From Acaryochloridaceae cyanobacterium VAR_48_metabat_390 (GTDB lineage Bacteria; Cyanobacteriota; Cyanobacteriia; Thermosynechococcales; Thermosynechococcaceae), in contig JANPLU010000091.1 in assembly GCA_031422435.1 (NCBI GenBank), positions 1-24,931 of the forward strand: DNA of 24,931 nt. Reading direction: 5' to 3'. The notes under the pieces are model-generated. The model was not told the origin of the DNA. It did no database searches and worked only from the letters and a program-made list of their open reading frames with translations. Below, piece by piece: positions 1 to 7,680 of this stretch; within the stretch, counting starts at the first letter, position 1, and every line of letters begins with the position of its first letter. The position numbers were made by a program, and so were the translations under genes.

Positions 1-140
1 GGTAGAGGGGAGAGTTTTTTTAAGCATTCTGGTTGATGAGTGGTTTCTGATTCCAGAATGCTGGCTCTCCTTGAATCTTGTCAATTCCCATTCTCCAAAG
101 CGTCCCAGCTCTTTGCCTCAAACTTTTGTCAGTCAACCAG
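1..140 (-). mobile_element. Probable left end of an insertion sequence (possibly IS4-like); terminus CTGGTTGACTGACAAAAG on the minus strand, putative transposase start at 27 running off the window
   Basis: ABC-ATPase homology stops abruptly at 140/141. Reading inward on the minus strand gives TTGACA (84-79), a weak -10 CATTCT (60-55) and an ATG at 27 (MLKKTLPST, open to the edge) lying inside a 10-bp inverted repeat. The family call is from recollection only; the transposase itself is not visible. Confidence 0.55.
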
Positions 141-377
141 CCAACTGCCTCAATTGATCCAGAAAATGAATACGAAGTGTACGGCCTAATTCGTGAAATG
201 GCGAGACACTGCACAACCATTGTGATCAGTCACCGATTAGGAATGGCGCGCTTTGCAGATCGCGTTGTTGTACTCAATGATGGCAGCATTATTGAGGAAG
301 GAACCCATGATGAGCTGATGCTTCAGGCTGGCAAGTATAGCGAGATGTTTAACAAACAAATGAGCCAATACGTTTAG
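141..377 (+). pseudogene. C-terminal fragment of an ABC transporter ATP-binding domain (exporter type), truncated at Walker B
   Basis: PTASID (D-loop), VISHRL (H-loop) and IIEEGTHDELM are present. Upstream in-frame sequence lacks the Walker B DE, the LSGGQ signature and Walker A. Confidence 0.8.
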
Positions 378-498
378 CTGATCCAAACTCCTCACCTGCC
401 ACTATGACTTCCTAACATTCTGTAGCGCTGGCGATAGAAGTTGGGCTTAAGATAAAAAAGCCGCCATCCCGCTTTGAAACCAAGGAATAGACTGCATT

Positions 499-1890
499 AT
501 GGTTCAACTGACCCCCAACCCTAGCTACAGCATTACGGTGCAGGTTCAAATTCCCAATTATGCTGGAATGCTGGCGCGAGTGGTGCAGGCCATTGGTGAC
601 GCAGGGGGAAGCATTGGCGATGTAGACGTGGTTCGGCGCGATCGCACCTCTGTCGTTCGAGACATCACCATTGATGCTGCGAGTCAAGACCATGCCGACT
701 CAATTGTGCAGGCGCTCAAAGACCAGCCCGAAATTCAGGTGCTGACGATCAAAGACCGCACCTTTGAGCTGCACCAGGGCGGCAAACTCATCACCATTAG
801 CAAACTGCCGCTCCAAAGCCAGGATGAGCTGGCGATGGCCTATACCCCAGGCGTGGGGCGCATCTGTATGGCGATCGCCCATGAGCCTGAGCGCGTCTAT
901 GAGCTAACCATTAAAAGTAGCACCGTCGCAGTGGTCACAGACGGCAGCGCCGTGTTAGGGCTGGGCAACATCGGTCCAGAGGCTGCTTTACCCGTCATGG
1001 AAGGGAAGGCGCTGTTGTTTAAGGAATTTGGGCAGCTCAATGCCTTTCCGATTTGCCTTGCAACCCAAGACGTGGATGAAATTGTCGAAACGGTAAAGCG
1101 CCTTGCCCCCGTCTTCGGCGGCATTAACCTCGAAGATATCAGCGCCCCCCGCTGTTTTGAAGTAGAGGCCAGACTTCAGCGAGAGCTAAATATTCCGGTG
1201 TTTCACGATGACCAGCACGGTACAGCGATTGTCGTATTGGCGGCATTGACCAACGCCTTTAAGCTGGTGGGCAAGTCCTTAGTGAACGCCAAGATTGTCA
1301 TCAATGGTGCAGGTGCGGCAGGTGTTGCCATTGGGCGGCTGCTGCGTAAAGCAGGGGCGAATACCATTTGGCTGTGCGACCGCCAGGGCATCATTAGCAC
1401 ATCTCTATCTAACCTCACCCCAGAGAAGCAAGAATTTGCAGTAGACGCGACGGGCAACCTTGCCGAAGCCTTAAAAGATGCCGATGTATTTTTAGGCGTG
1501 AGCGCCCCCGGCGTACTCACCCCAGAGATGCTGCAAGTGATGGCAAAAGACCCGATTGTGTTTGCAATGGCGAACCCAGTGCCCGAAATTCAGCCAGAGT
1601 TGGCGAAGGGTTTGGTTGCGGTGATGGCGACCGGACGCAGTGACTACCCCAATCAAATCAATAATGTGTTGGCATTCCCAGGTATTTTTCGTGGTGCGCT
1701 GCACTGTCGTGCTGCCAGCATTACGACGCGGATGCATCTAGAAGCTGCCCATGCGATCGCCGCTCTGGTTAGCCCTCAAGAGTTAACTGCCGACCACATC
1801 ATTCCGTCTGTGTTTGATGCGCGTGTCTCGGCTGCTGTTGCCGCAGCGGTGGAACAAGCTGCTCGTGAGGAAGGTGTTGCCCAGTGTTAG
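499..1890 (+). CDS. Malic enzyme (NAD(P)-dependent) with N-terminal ACT domain
   Basis: Motifs AYTPGV, VTDGSAVLGLGNIG, GGINLEDI, PVFHDDQHGTA, GAGAAG, TGRSDYPNQINN. ACT-like N-terminus (GMLARVVQAIGDAGG). Confidence 0.95.
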   Translation: MVQLTPNPSYSITVQVQIPNYAGMLARVVQAIGDAGGSIGDVDVVRRDRTSVVRDITIDAASQDHADSIVQALKDQPEIQVLTIKDRTFELHQGGKLITISKLPLQSQDELAMAYTPGVGRICMAIAHEPERVYELTIKSSTVAVVTDGSAVLGLGNIGPEAALPVMEGKALLFKEFGQLNAFPICLATQDVDEIVETVKRLAPVFGGINLEDISAPRCFEVEARLQRELNIPVFHDDQHGTAIVVLAALTNAFKLVGKSLVNAKIVINGAGAAGVAIGRLLRKAGANTIWLCDRQGIISTSLSNLTPEKQEFAVDATGNLAEALKDADVFLGVSAPGVLTPEMLQVMAKDPIVFAMANPVPEIQPELAKGLVAVMATGRSDYPNQINNVLAFPGIFRGALHCRAASITTRMHLEAAHAIAALVSPQELTADHIIPSVFDARVSAAVAAAVEQAAREEGVAQC

Positions 1891-2172
1891 ACAAAAAGGT
1901 GCGGCGGTACCTTACAAAAGCTGTCGATTGTGGCTTTGCGAAAGGGCGTTTTAACGGAGGTAAAAGCCTTGTTAAAGCATTTAGATATGGATTATTTCCC
2001 TGTTACTGAGAGCTTGGCACTCAAAGGGCTGGAACTCTATCAACAGTATGGTAGAGGTGGTAGACATCCGGCTCAGCTTAACTATGGGGACTGCTTTGCA
2101 GCGGCGATCGCCACTGAACGTAAACTTCTGCTTTTGTATACTGGCAAAGATTTTGAGGCGGCTGGCTTTTGA
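1891..2172 (+). pseudogene. N-terminally truncated VapC/PIN-domain toxin remnant
   Basis: HPAQLNYGDCFA...LLYTGKDF matches the VapC C-terminal motif. The N-terminal xxDTS motif is missing and no antitoxin gene is adjacent. Confidence 0.75.
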
Positions 2173-2209
2173 TGCTTTGGGCATTAAGACTGAGTCAGCA
2201 TTAAAAAAC

Positions 2210-3274
2210 CTAAAAGCGGTCATACCGAAAGGCTTTTAATAATGGGTCAGTAACCTGATTGCAAATCAACTCTGCTAGCAGAACAGCGGTAATAGGGGTC
2301 AACAAAATGCCATTGCGATAGTGGCCTGTTGCCAGTACCAAATTTTTGTAAGGGCTTGTGCCTAAAATAGGCAACTCATCTGGTGTTGCAGGGCGAAACC
2401 CCCACCAGCTCCGCTCAAAAATCCAGTCTTGCAACGGCGGATACAGCCGATGGCTTTCGGTTAAAAGCTGCTGGATGCCTGCTGAAGTGTTGTGAGGCGT
2501 AAAGCCAACATCTTCGCTGGTGGCACCAATGACAACCCGTCCATTTCGGCGCGGCACAAGGTAGGTGCCGTTACCAAACAGCACATGGCGCAGCTGCTGT
2601 TCTCCGGTTTTAGCTTGCAGAGACAACATTTGTCCCTTACGCGGTACGACGGGTACAGTGAGTAATTCTCCAGTCCATGCTCCCGTGGCTAGTAGGTAGC
2701 AGTCAGCTTGATAAGTTTCGTCTGCTGTCTGTACTTCCGTAATTTGATCTCCCTGATGGGCAATGTGATTAACCGTGACGTCATCATGGATCGTCACGCC
2801 CAACTGCTCCACTGCAACGCGCAATGCCTTCGCCATAGACTGATTATTGATCTGTCCATCTTCTGGGAACCACCATCCCCCTGTGATTTCGCGGCCTAAG
2901 TCAGGCTGGAGAGCAGTGAGGGAAGGGCGATCGCACCAATACTCATCTTCAGCACTACGAAACCTCTTTGCCTCTCCGTACAGTGGCGCAATGATGCCGC
3001 AAGGCCAATACTCTGGGTCGATGCCCGTCAAAGATTCTAGTTTGCTGACCCATTCTGGATAGAGCGATCGACTTCGGAGGCATAGTGCTAGCATTGGCCC
3101 TGGCAAAAGACCCTCCGCCTGGGGTGCCAACATTCCGGCGGCGGCATGGAGCGCAGCCTCTGGAAAATTACGGCTGAGAACTGTGACCGATACACCCCGC
3201 AATGCCAGCTCTAGGGCAGTCGCTAAGCCGATAGCTCCCCCCCCGATGATTAAAACATCGCTGTGTATCTTCAT
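2210..3274 (-). CDS. thiO: Glycine oxidase (thiamine thiazole synthesis)
   Basis: FAD motif IIGGGAIG, AAAGMLAP, GFRPATPDELP, ATGHYRNGILLTP. Confidence 0.9.
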   Translation of the reverse strand: MKIHSDVLIIGGGAIGLATALELALRGVSVTVLSRNFPEAALHAAAGMLAPQAEGLLPGPMLALCLRSRSLYPEWVSKLESLTGIDPEYWPCGIIAPLYGEAKRFRSAEDEYWCDRPSLTALQPDLGREITGGWWFPEDGQINNQSMAKALRVAVEQLGVTIHDDVTVNHIAHQGDQITEVQTADETYQADCYLLATGAWTGELLTVPVVPRKGQMLSLQAKTGEQQLRHVLFGNGTYLVPRRNGRVVIGATSEDVGFTPHNTSAGIQQLLTESHRLYPPLQDWIFERSWWGFRPATPDELPILGTSPYKNLVLATGHYRNGILLTPITAVLLAELICNQVTDPLLKAFRYDRF

Positions 3275-3305
3275 GAGGAGATAAAACCTCTGTACCGTTT
3301 ATGGG

Positions 3306-3962
3306 TTAAATGATGTCTGTGCGGTTTTGCTGCCAGAGCTTCGCTAAAGTTTCCTGGACATCGTAAAAATCATTCCAGGTATGGTGATAGACGTTGCGAT
3401 CACCCAAATACTGAGCCAGGCGATCGCGCGCAAACACCACATCACCCGCTAAGGCCATCTTGAGGTCCGTCACCGAATCCCCGATGACAATGGTTTGCTG
3501 AGCAGGGTAGCGCTGCATAATCTTGACTTTAGAAACCAGCTCAGAGTCTCCCAGAGCAGGAGAATGCACCTTAAAATAAGCGCCTTGAGTGTCAATTTCT
3601 GCCCCGTGCACCGCCTGTATTTTAGGAAGCAAAGTGGGAATCGCAGCCTCCACCATTGCCTTAAGCCCCCCTGTAATCACCACAAACGGAACGGCTTGAG
3701 CCTGTAAAAAATCCAGAAACTCCGACAACCCAGAACGCAGCGGCTGAGATGCGGCAAAGTCTAAAATCTCGCCATAAACCGAGGATGGCATCGATTCCAG
3801 CAGTTGCAGTACCCCTTCCCGAAGCGTTAGTTCAAGGGCGTACATTTTAGGGATAAGCTCCGCCGCTAAGTCTGGGGTAAATCGCTTCAGCACAGCCACA
3901 AAAGTTTCTTGTGCCGTAATAGTACCGTCAAAGTCACAGAACACAATGCGCTCTAAGGTCAC
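3306..3962 (-). CDS. mtnX: HAD-IB phosphatase, MtnX-like (HK-MTPenyl-1-P phosphatase)
   Basis: FCDFDGTIT motif I, IGDSVTD motif, VFARDRL. Directly follows mtnW. GTG at 3962 gives a GTGA start/stop overlap (the ORF track starts at 3974). Confidence 0.85.
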   Translation of the reverse strand: MTLERIVFCDFDGTITAQETFVAVLKRFTPDLAAELIPKMYALELTLREGVLQLLESMPSSVYGEILDFAASQPLRSGLSEFLDFLQAQAVPFVVITGGLKAMVEAAIPTLLPKIQAVHGAEIDTQGAYFKVHSPALGDSELVSKVKIMQRYPAQQTIVIGDSVTDLKMALAGDVVFARDRLAQYLGDRNVYHHTWNDFYDVQETLAKLWQQNRTDII

Positions 3963-5128
3963 GGTGTCCCCCACTTTTCAAGGGCGCGGCGGAGGGCACC
4001 TTCTGGGATTTTGGCAAGCTCAAAGGATTGTCCTGGCTGGGCGTGTTTTAAGGCTTCAAAGAATGCCCTTACGCCCTCGGCTGGCCCGTCCGGGTGATCC
4101 ATAATGCCTGTTCCCGCGTTAAGAATAACGTCTTGACCGTAGTCGGCGATCGCTCTAGGCACCACCCCAGGATGAATCCCAGCGGACGGCACCGGAAAGA
4201 CATTGCGGCTTCTCAGCGCGTCTCTGATCTGAAATTCTTCGGTGGCTTCAAACGGTAAGCTGCCGTAATGGGCAGGATACAGTACCGCATCGGCTCCAGC
4301 ATGGGCAAACAAAGTACCCAGTAACGCAGAATAGCTAAACCCGTGATCAGGGGCACCGCACCAAGCCCCCGCCAAGGCAGGGTGGGCAAAAATCGGCACA
4401 GAAATCTCTGGATCTGCTGCCAGAGCCTCTAAAACAGAAAATCCGTAAGACAGGACGTTGAGGAGTAGCGCATTGGCTCCGGCTGCAACGAGCTGCTTGG
4501 CCTGGGCTAAAAGCTGATTTGCCTTCCCCGTAACATTGACGGCGTAAAGGAGCGATCGCCCATTTTTCTGCCGCATATCCTCAATCACAGGGCGACAGGC
4601 TTTCAGGCGCTCTAGGGTAGGTGCACTGTCTAGATTGACCATAATTTCGTCATCTTTAATGATGTCGAGGCCTGCTCCGGCAACCTGGCTCAAAATTTGG
4701 GCATGGTCAGCAGCCGATAGCCCCAAGGCGGGTTTATAGATTGCCATGATGAGGGGGCGACTGGGCGTATGGAGGAGCGATCGCACCCCAGTGATGCCAA
4801 ATTTAGGGCTTTGCCCATACCCTGAAGGCAGTCGAATTGCCGTCACTTTTGCTGATCCTGCCATCGAGTATTTGCCAAAAATCATCGTTAGCAGTGATGC
4901 AATATCGCCCTCCACATTGGCAACCGGAAAGCGCACAGTTGCCAATGCTGACCCGTCAACGTCGCTGGTCTGAACGTTGATGACCTCAGCCTTATGAGCC
5001 GAAAAAGAAAATTCACGATGGGCAAAAGATGCATCCCAGGTGCCGACAGTTTGGCCTAGGGCAATCACCTGGGCCTGTTTCTCGGCATCTACTCCTCCTG
5101 GAAAGCGATAGTCAACTTCAATTTGCAT
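3959..5128 (-). CDS. mtnW: RuBisCO-like protein (form IV), 2,3-diketo-5-methylthiopentyl-1-phosphate enolase
   Basis: KDDE motif (GLDIIKDDE), IFGKYS, AHPALAGA, VPSAGIHPG, NAGTGIMDHPDG. Flanked by mtnD and mtnX. ATG 5128 overlaps the mtnD stop. Confidence 0.92.
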   Translation of the reverse strand: MQIEVDYRFPGGVDAEKQAQVIALGQTVGTWDASFAHREFSFSAHKAEVINVQTSDVDGSALATVRFPVANVEGDIASLLTMIFGKYSMAGSAKVTAIRLPSGYGQSPKFGITGVRSLLHTPSRPLIMAIYKPALGLSAADHAQILSQVAGAGLDIIKDDEIMVNLDSAPTLERLKACRPVIEDMRQKNGRSLLYAVNVTGKANQLLAQAKQLVAAGANALLLNVLSYGFSVLEALAADPEISVPIFAHPALAGAWCGAPDHGFSYSALLGTLFAHAGADAVLYPAHYGSLPFEATEEFQIRDALRSRNVFPVPSAGIHPGVVPRAIADYGQDVILNAGTGIMDHPDGPAEGVRAFFEALKHAQPGQSFELAKIPEGALRRALEKWGTP

Positions 5129-5669
5129 GGGTCTGTACGGCAACGGCCTGCATCCGAATGGCTGTCTCTGTATAGTCCGGTGTCCAGCCTAAAGTATCGA
5201 CAAAGTAGCGGACTGCCTTAATGCGACGTAGAGAGGTCAGATAAAACCAGTGTTCTGTTCCGGCGGGGACGTTGATGTACTCTTCTGGCTCAATAGTCAG
5301 CTCCATTTGCGTACCGTCTGGGCACACAAACCCAAAGACTCCTTCACCATCCACGATGTAGCGCACTTCGTCGTCGGCATGAGTGTGGGGACGGCTAAAT
5401 TTTTCGAGCAGCCCGTCAAGGTTAGGGGTATCTGGGTTAAGCACAATCAAGTCTCTCGACTGATAGCCTTCTAGAGACTCGAAGTAGTGGTCAAGCGATC
5501 GCAGCACCTGCTCTTTTTCGTCATCCTGAAGACTTGGCTGAGCGAGTAGAGCTAAGGCATTGCCGCCGACAGGCCATCGTTTGAGCTGAATATTGAGGGC
5601 GGCAAGATGCCCACCGATATGTTCTAGATCGGTTAGCGTTTGCCCATGCTCTAAATGCAAAATTGCCAT
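5118..5669 (-). CDS. mtnD: Acireductone dioxygenase (cupin)
   Basis: HTHADDEVRY metal motif, VPAGTEHWF, IKAVRYF...GWTP. Confidence 0.92.
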   Translation of the reverse strand: MAILHLEHGQTLTDLEHIGGHLAALNIQLKRWPVGGNALALLAQPSLQDDEKEQVLRSLDHYFESLEGYQSRDLIVLNPDTPNLDGLLEKFSRPHTHADDEVRYIVDGEGVFGFVCPDGTQMELTIEPEEYINVPAGTEHWFYLTSLRRIKAVRYFVDTLGWTPDYTETAIRMQAVAVQTHAN

Positions 5670-5704
5670 TGCGTTGTCTTCAGCTTAAAAATCTAGATTT
5701 TAGT

Positions 5705-5718
5705 GTAGCGATTTTTAC
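5705..5718. promoter_or_regulatory. Possible NtcA box GTA-N8-TAC overlapping the putative mtnD -10 (TACACT, minus strand 5707-5702)
   Basis: GTAGCGATTTTTAC lies about 35 bp upstream of the mtnD ATG. This short consensus can also arise by chance. Confidence 0.35.
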
Positions 5719-6164
5719 CGTACATAGGCATGGCGATCGCTACTGTGGTTGGCATGTAACTTTAGGCTGCGTTAGTGTGGCGCATACTAAGATTTTCTAA
5801 AAATGGGATTAAGCACCGCAGCGCATCAATATTTGTAGCATCACTTAGGTAAGGCTGATTCAGATTTCTGATGCAACCGATAGAGATGCCTTTCGCATGG
5901 AGAGGTCAGCACCCTAAATTTAATGTTGAAATTGCTGTTATGTTAAAAATTATTATCTGAGCCTAAAGTCTTCGACTGTTCTCCATAAGAGAAAAAGTGA
6001 GGTATAGCTCTTCATTATTCTTAGAATTCAGCATTTCAGTATTTAAAGGTTAAGTCAAATTTAAGGAATCCTTGGAGTTTATCCATACTCCTCTATCAAT
6101 ATCGACTTCAACGAAAAATATTTCGCGTCTGCTACCCCAAAATTGTGGTAAGGGAAATCTCTTT

Positions 6165-7625
6165 ATGAGCAGCCAGGATACGGATCAAAATTTAGAACTC
6201 AAGCCAAGTGCTGAGCCTTCCAATCATACGCACGGCTTGGAGTCAATAACGCCATCTCCACTGCCCCAACGCCTGCCTCGTCGCTTTCTTGTGCCATTAA
6301 TATTGGTGCTAGCGGTGCTCGGTGGTGTGGGGTGGGTGCTGTTTAACCGCGTTATTTTGCCCATTCTAATGTTTAGCAATATGGCTCCGCCGCCGCCGCT
6401 TGCGGTGCCGCTCAGTCAAGCCAAGGTTACCACCGTTGAAGAAAGTTCTGACTATGCAGCAACGCTAGATTCTCGACAGTCGGTGACGCTTCAGCCCAAG
6501 GTTCCAGGCCAGATCTCAACCATTTTTGTGAGGGCAGGCGATCGCGTCCAGTCCGGAGACGTTTTGATTCAGATTGATGCAGACCAGCAGCGTGCCCAGG
6601 TTGCCAGTCGAGGTGCTGGAGTGAATACCGCAGCGGCTGATGTGGAAACCTCGAGAGCCGATGTTGAAAATGCGAGAGATACGCTTAAATCGCTTCAGGC
6701 GCAGCAGGCATCGGCACAAGCCAATGTGCAGCTTAATCAAGCAGACTATCAGCGGTTTCAGGCGTTGTATGCAGCAGGCGCAACCAGCAAGCAGAGCCTA
6801 GAGCAAAAGCGTAATGCGATTCAAACGGCGCAGGCAGAGCTGAATCAGGCTAAGGCGGATGTTCAGGCGCAGAACTCGGCGATCGCTAGGGCGCAGGCGC
6901 AGGTGGTTCGTAATCAGCAGGCTGTCGCTCAGGCTCAGGCCAATGTGTCTGAGGGCAGAGCAGAACTGCGAGACTATACCATTACCGCCCCGTTTGCTGG
7001 GGTGGTGGGGAATATTCCGGTCAAGCAGGGAGATGGGGTAAGTGCGACAACGCCCTTACTGACGCTTTCTCAAAATCAGCAGCTAGAAGTGCAGATCCAG
7101 GTGCCCTTAGAGCGTTCCTCGCGGCTCCGCCAAGGGCAGCTCGTAAAGCTGCTGGATGATGCAGGTAAAGCCGTGCGGACGGGTCAAATTTCTTTTATTG
7201 CGCCTAATGTTGATCCTGCAACTCAATCAGTACAGGCAACAGCGGCCTTTGCCAACGCAGGCGATACGCTTCGTACCGCGCAATTTGTGCGCGCTAGGGT
7301 GGTCTGGAGTAGTCGTCCAGGGCTGCTCGTGCCCACGACGGCGATTTCTCGACTGGGCGGTAAGGACTTTATTTTTGTCGCGCAGCCTTTTCAAAGTTCT
7401 GGCTGTAAAGCGGCGGCTCAAGCAGAAGGTGGCGGCCCTCCTGTAAAAGTAGAGTTAGGTCAAACCGTAGCGGCACAAAAGCTGATTAAGCTGGGCAAAA
7501 TTATTGGCAATGATCAGGAGGTGTTAGAGGGGCTAGAGGCAGGCGATCGCATTGTCACCTCCGGCATTCTGCAACTGCAAAATTGTCTCCCCATTGCTGA
7601 AGCAGGCCGCAACATAGCGAAATAG
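6165..7625 (+). CDS. RND efflux periplasmic adaptor (membrane fusion protein)
   Basis: N-terminal TM helix, lipoyl half-motifs (GQISTIFVRAGDRVQSGD; ITAPFAGVVG), long Ala/Gln coiled coil. ATG 6165 preferred over TTG 6072. Confidence 0.92.
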   Translation: MSSQDTDQNLELKPSAEPSNHTHGLESITPSPLPQRLPRRFLVPLILVLAVLGGVGWVLFNRVILPILMFSNMAPPPPLAVPLSQAKVTTVEESSDYAATLDSRQSVTLQPKVPGQISTIFVRAGDRVQSGDVLIQIDADQQRAQVASRGAGVNTAAADVETSRADVENARDTLKSLQAQQASAQANVQLNQADYQRFQALYAAGATSKQSLEQKRNAIQTAQAELNQAKADVQAQNSAIARAQAQVVRNQQAVAQAQANVSEGRAELRDYTITAPFAGVVGNIPVKQGDGVSATTPLLTLSQNQQLEVQIQVPLERSSRLRQGQLVKLLDDAGKAVRTGQISFIAPNVDPATQSVQATAAFANAGDTLRTAQFVRARVVWSSRPGLLVPTTAISRLGGKDFIFVAQPFQSSGCKAAAQAEGGGPPVKVELGQTVAAQKLIKLGKIIGNDQEVLEGLEAGDRIVTSGILQLQNCLPIAEAGRNIAK

Positions 7626-7680
7626 CACGCAAGCCTTCAACCCCAAGCACTGAACTAGAACTCCCATCAGGCATGGAACG

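Noticed and set aside
78..140. N-terminal part of the 99-aa ORF as a real protein start
   Set aside because: No ABC similarity before 141; it is probable IS-end sequence that happens to be open in frame.
3959..5143. CO2-fixing RuBisCO large subunit
   Set aside because: Short (~390 aa), no rbcS/rbcX/ccm context, and flanked by mtnD and mtnX, so it is form IV.
5670..6164. SAM riboswitch ahead of the mtn operon
   Set aside because: No SAM-I core motifs seen, and the likely -10 is only ~35 bp from the mtnD start.
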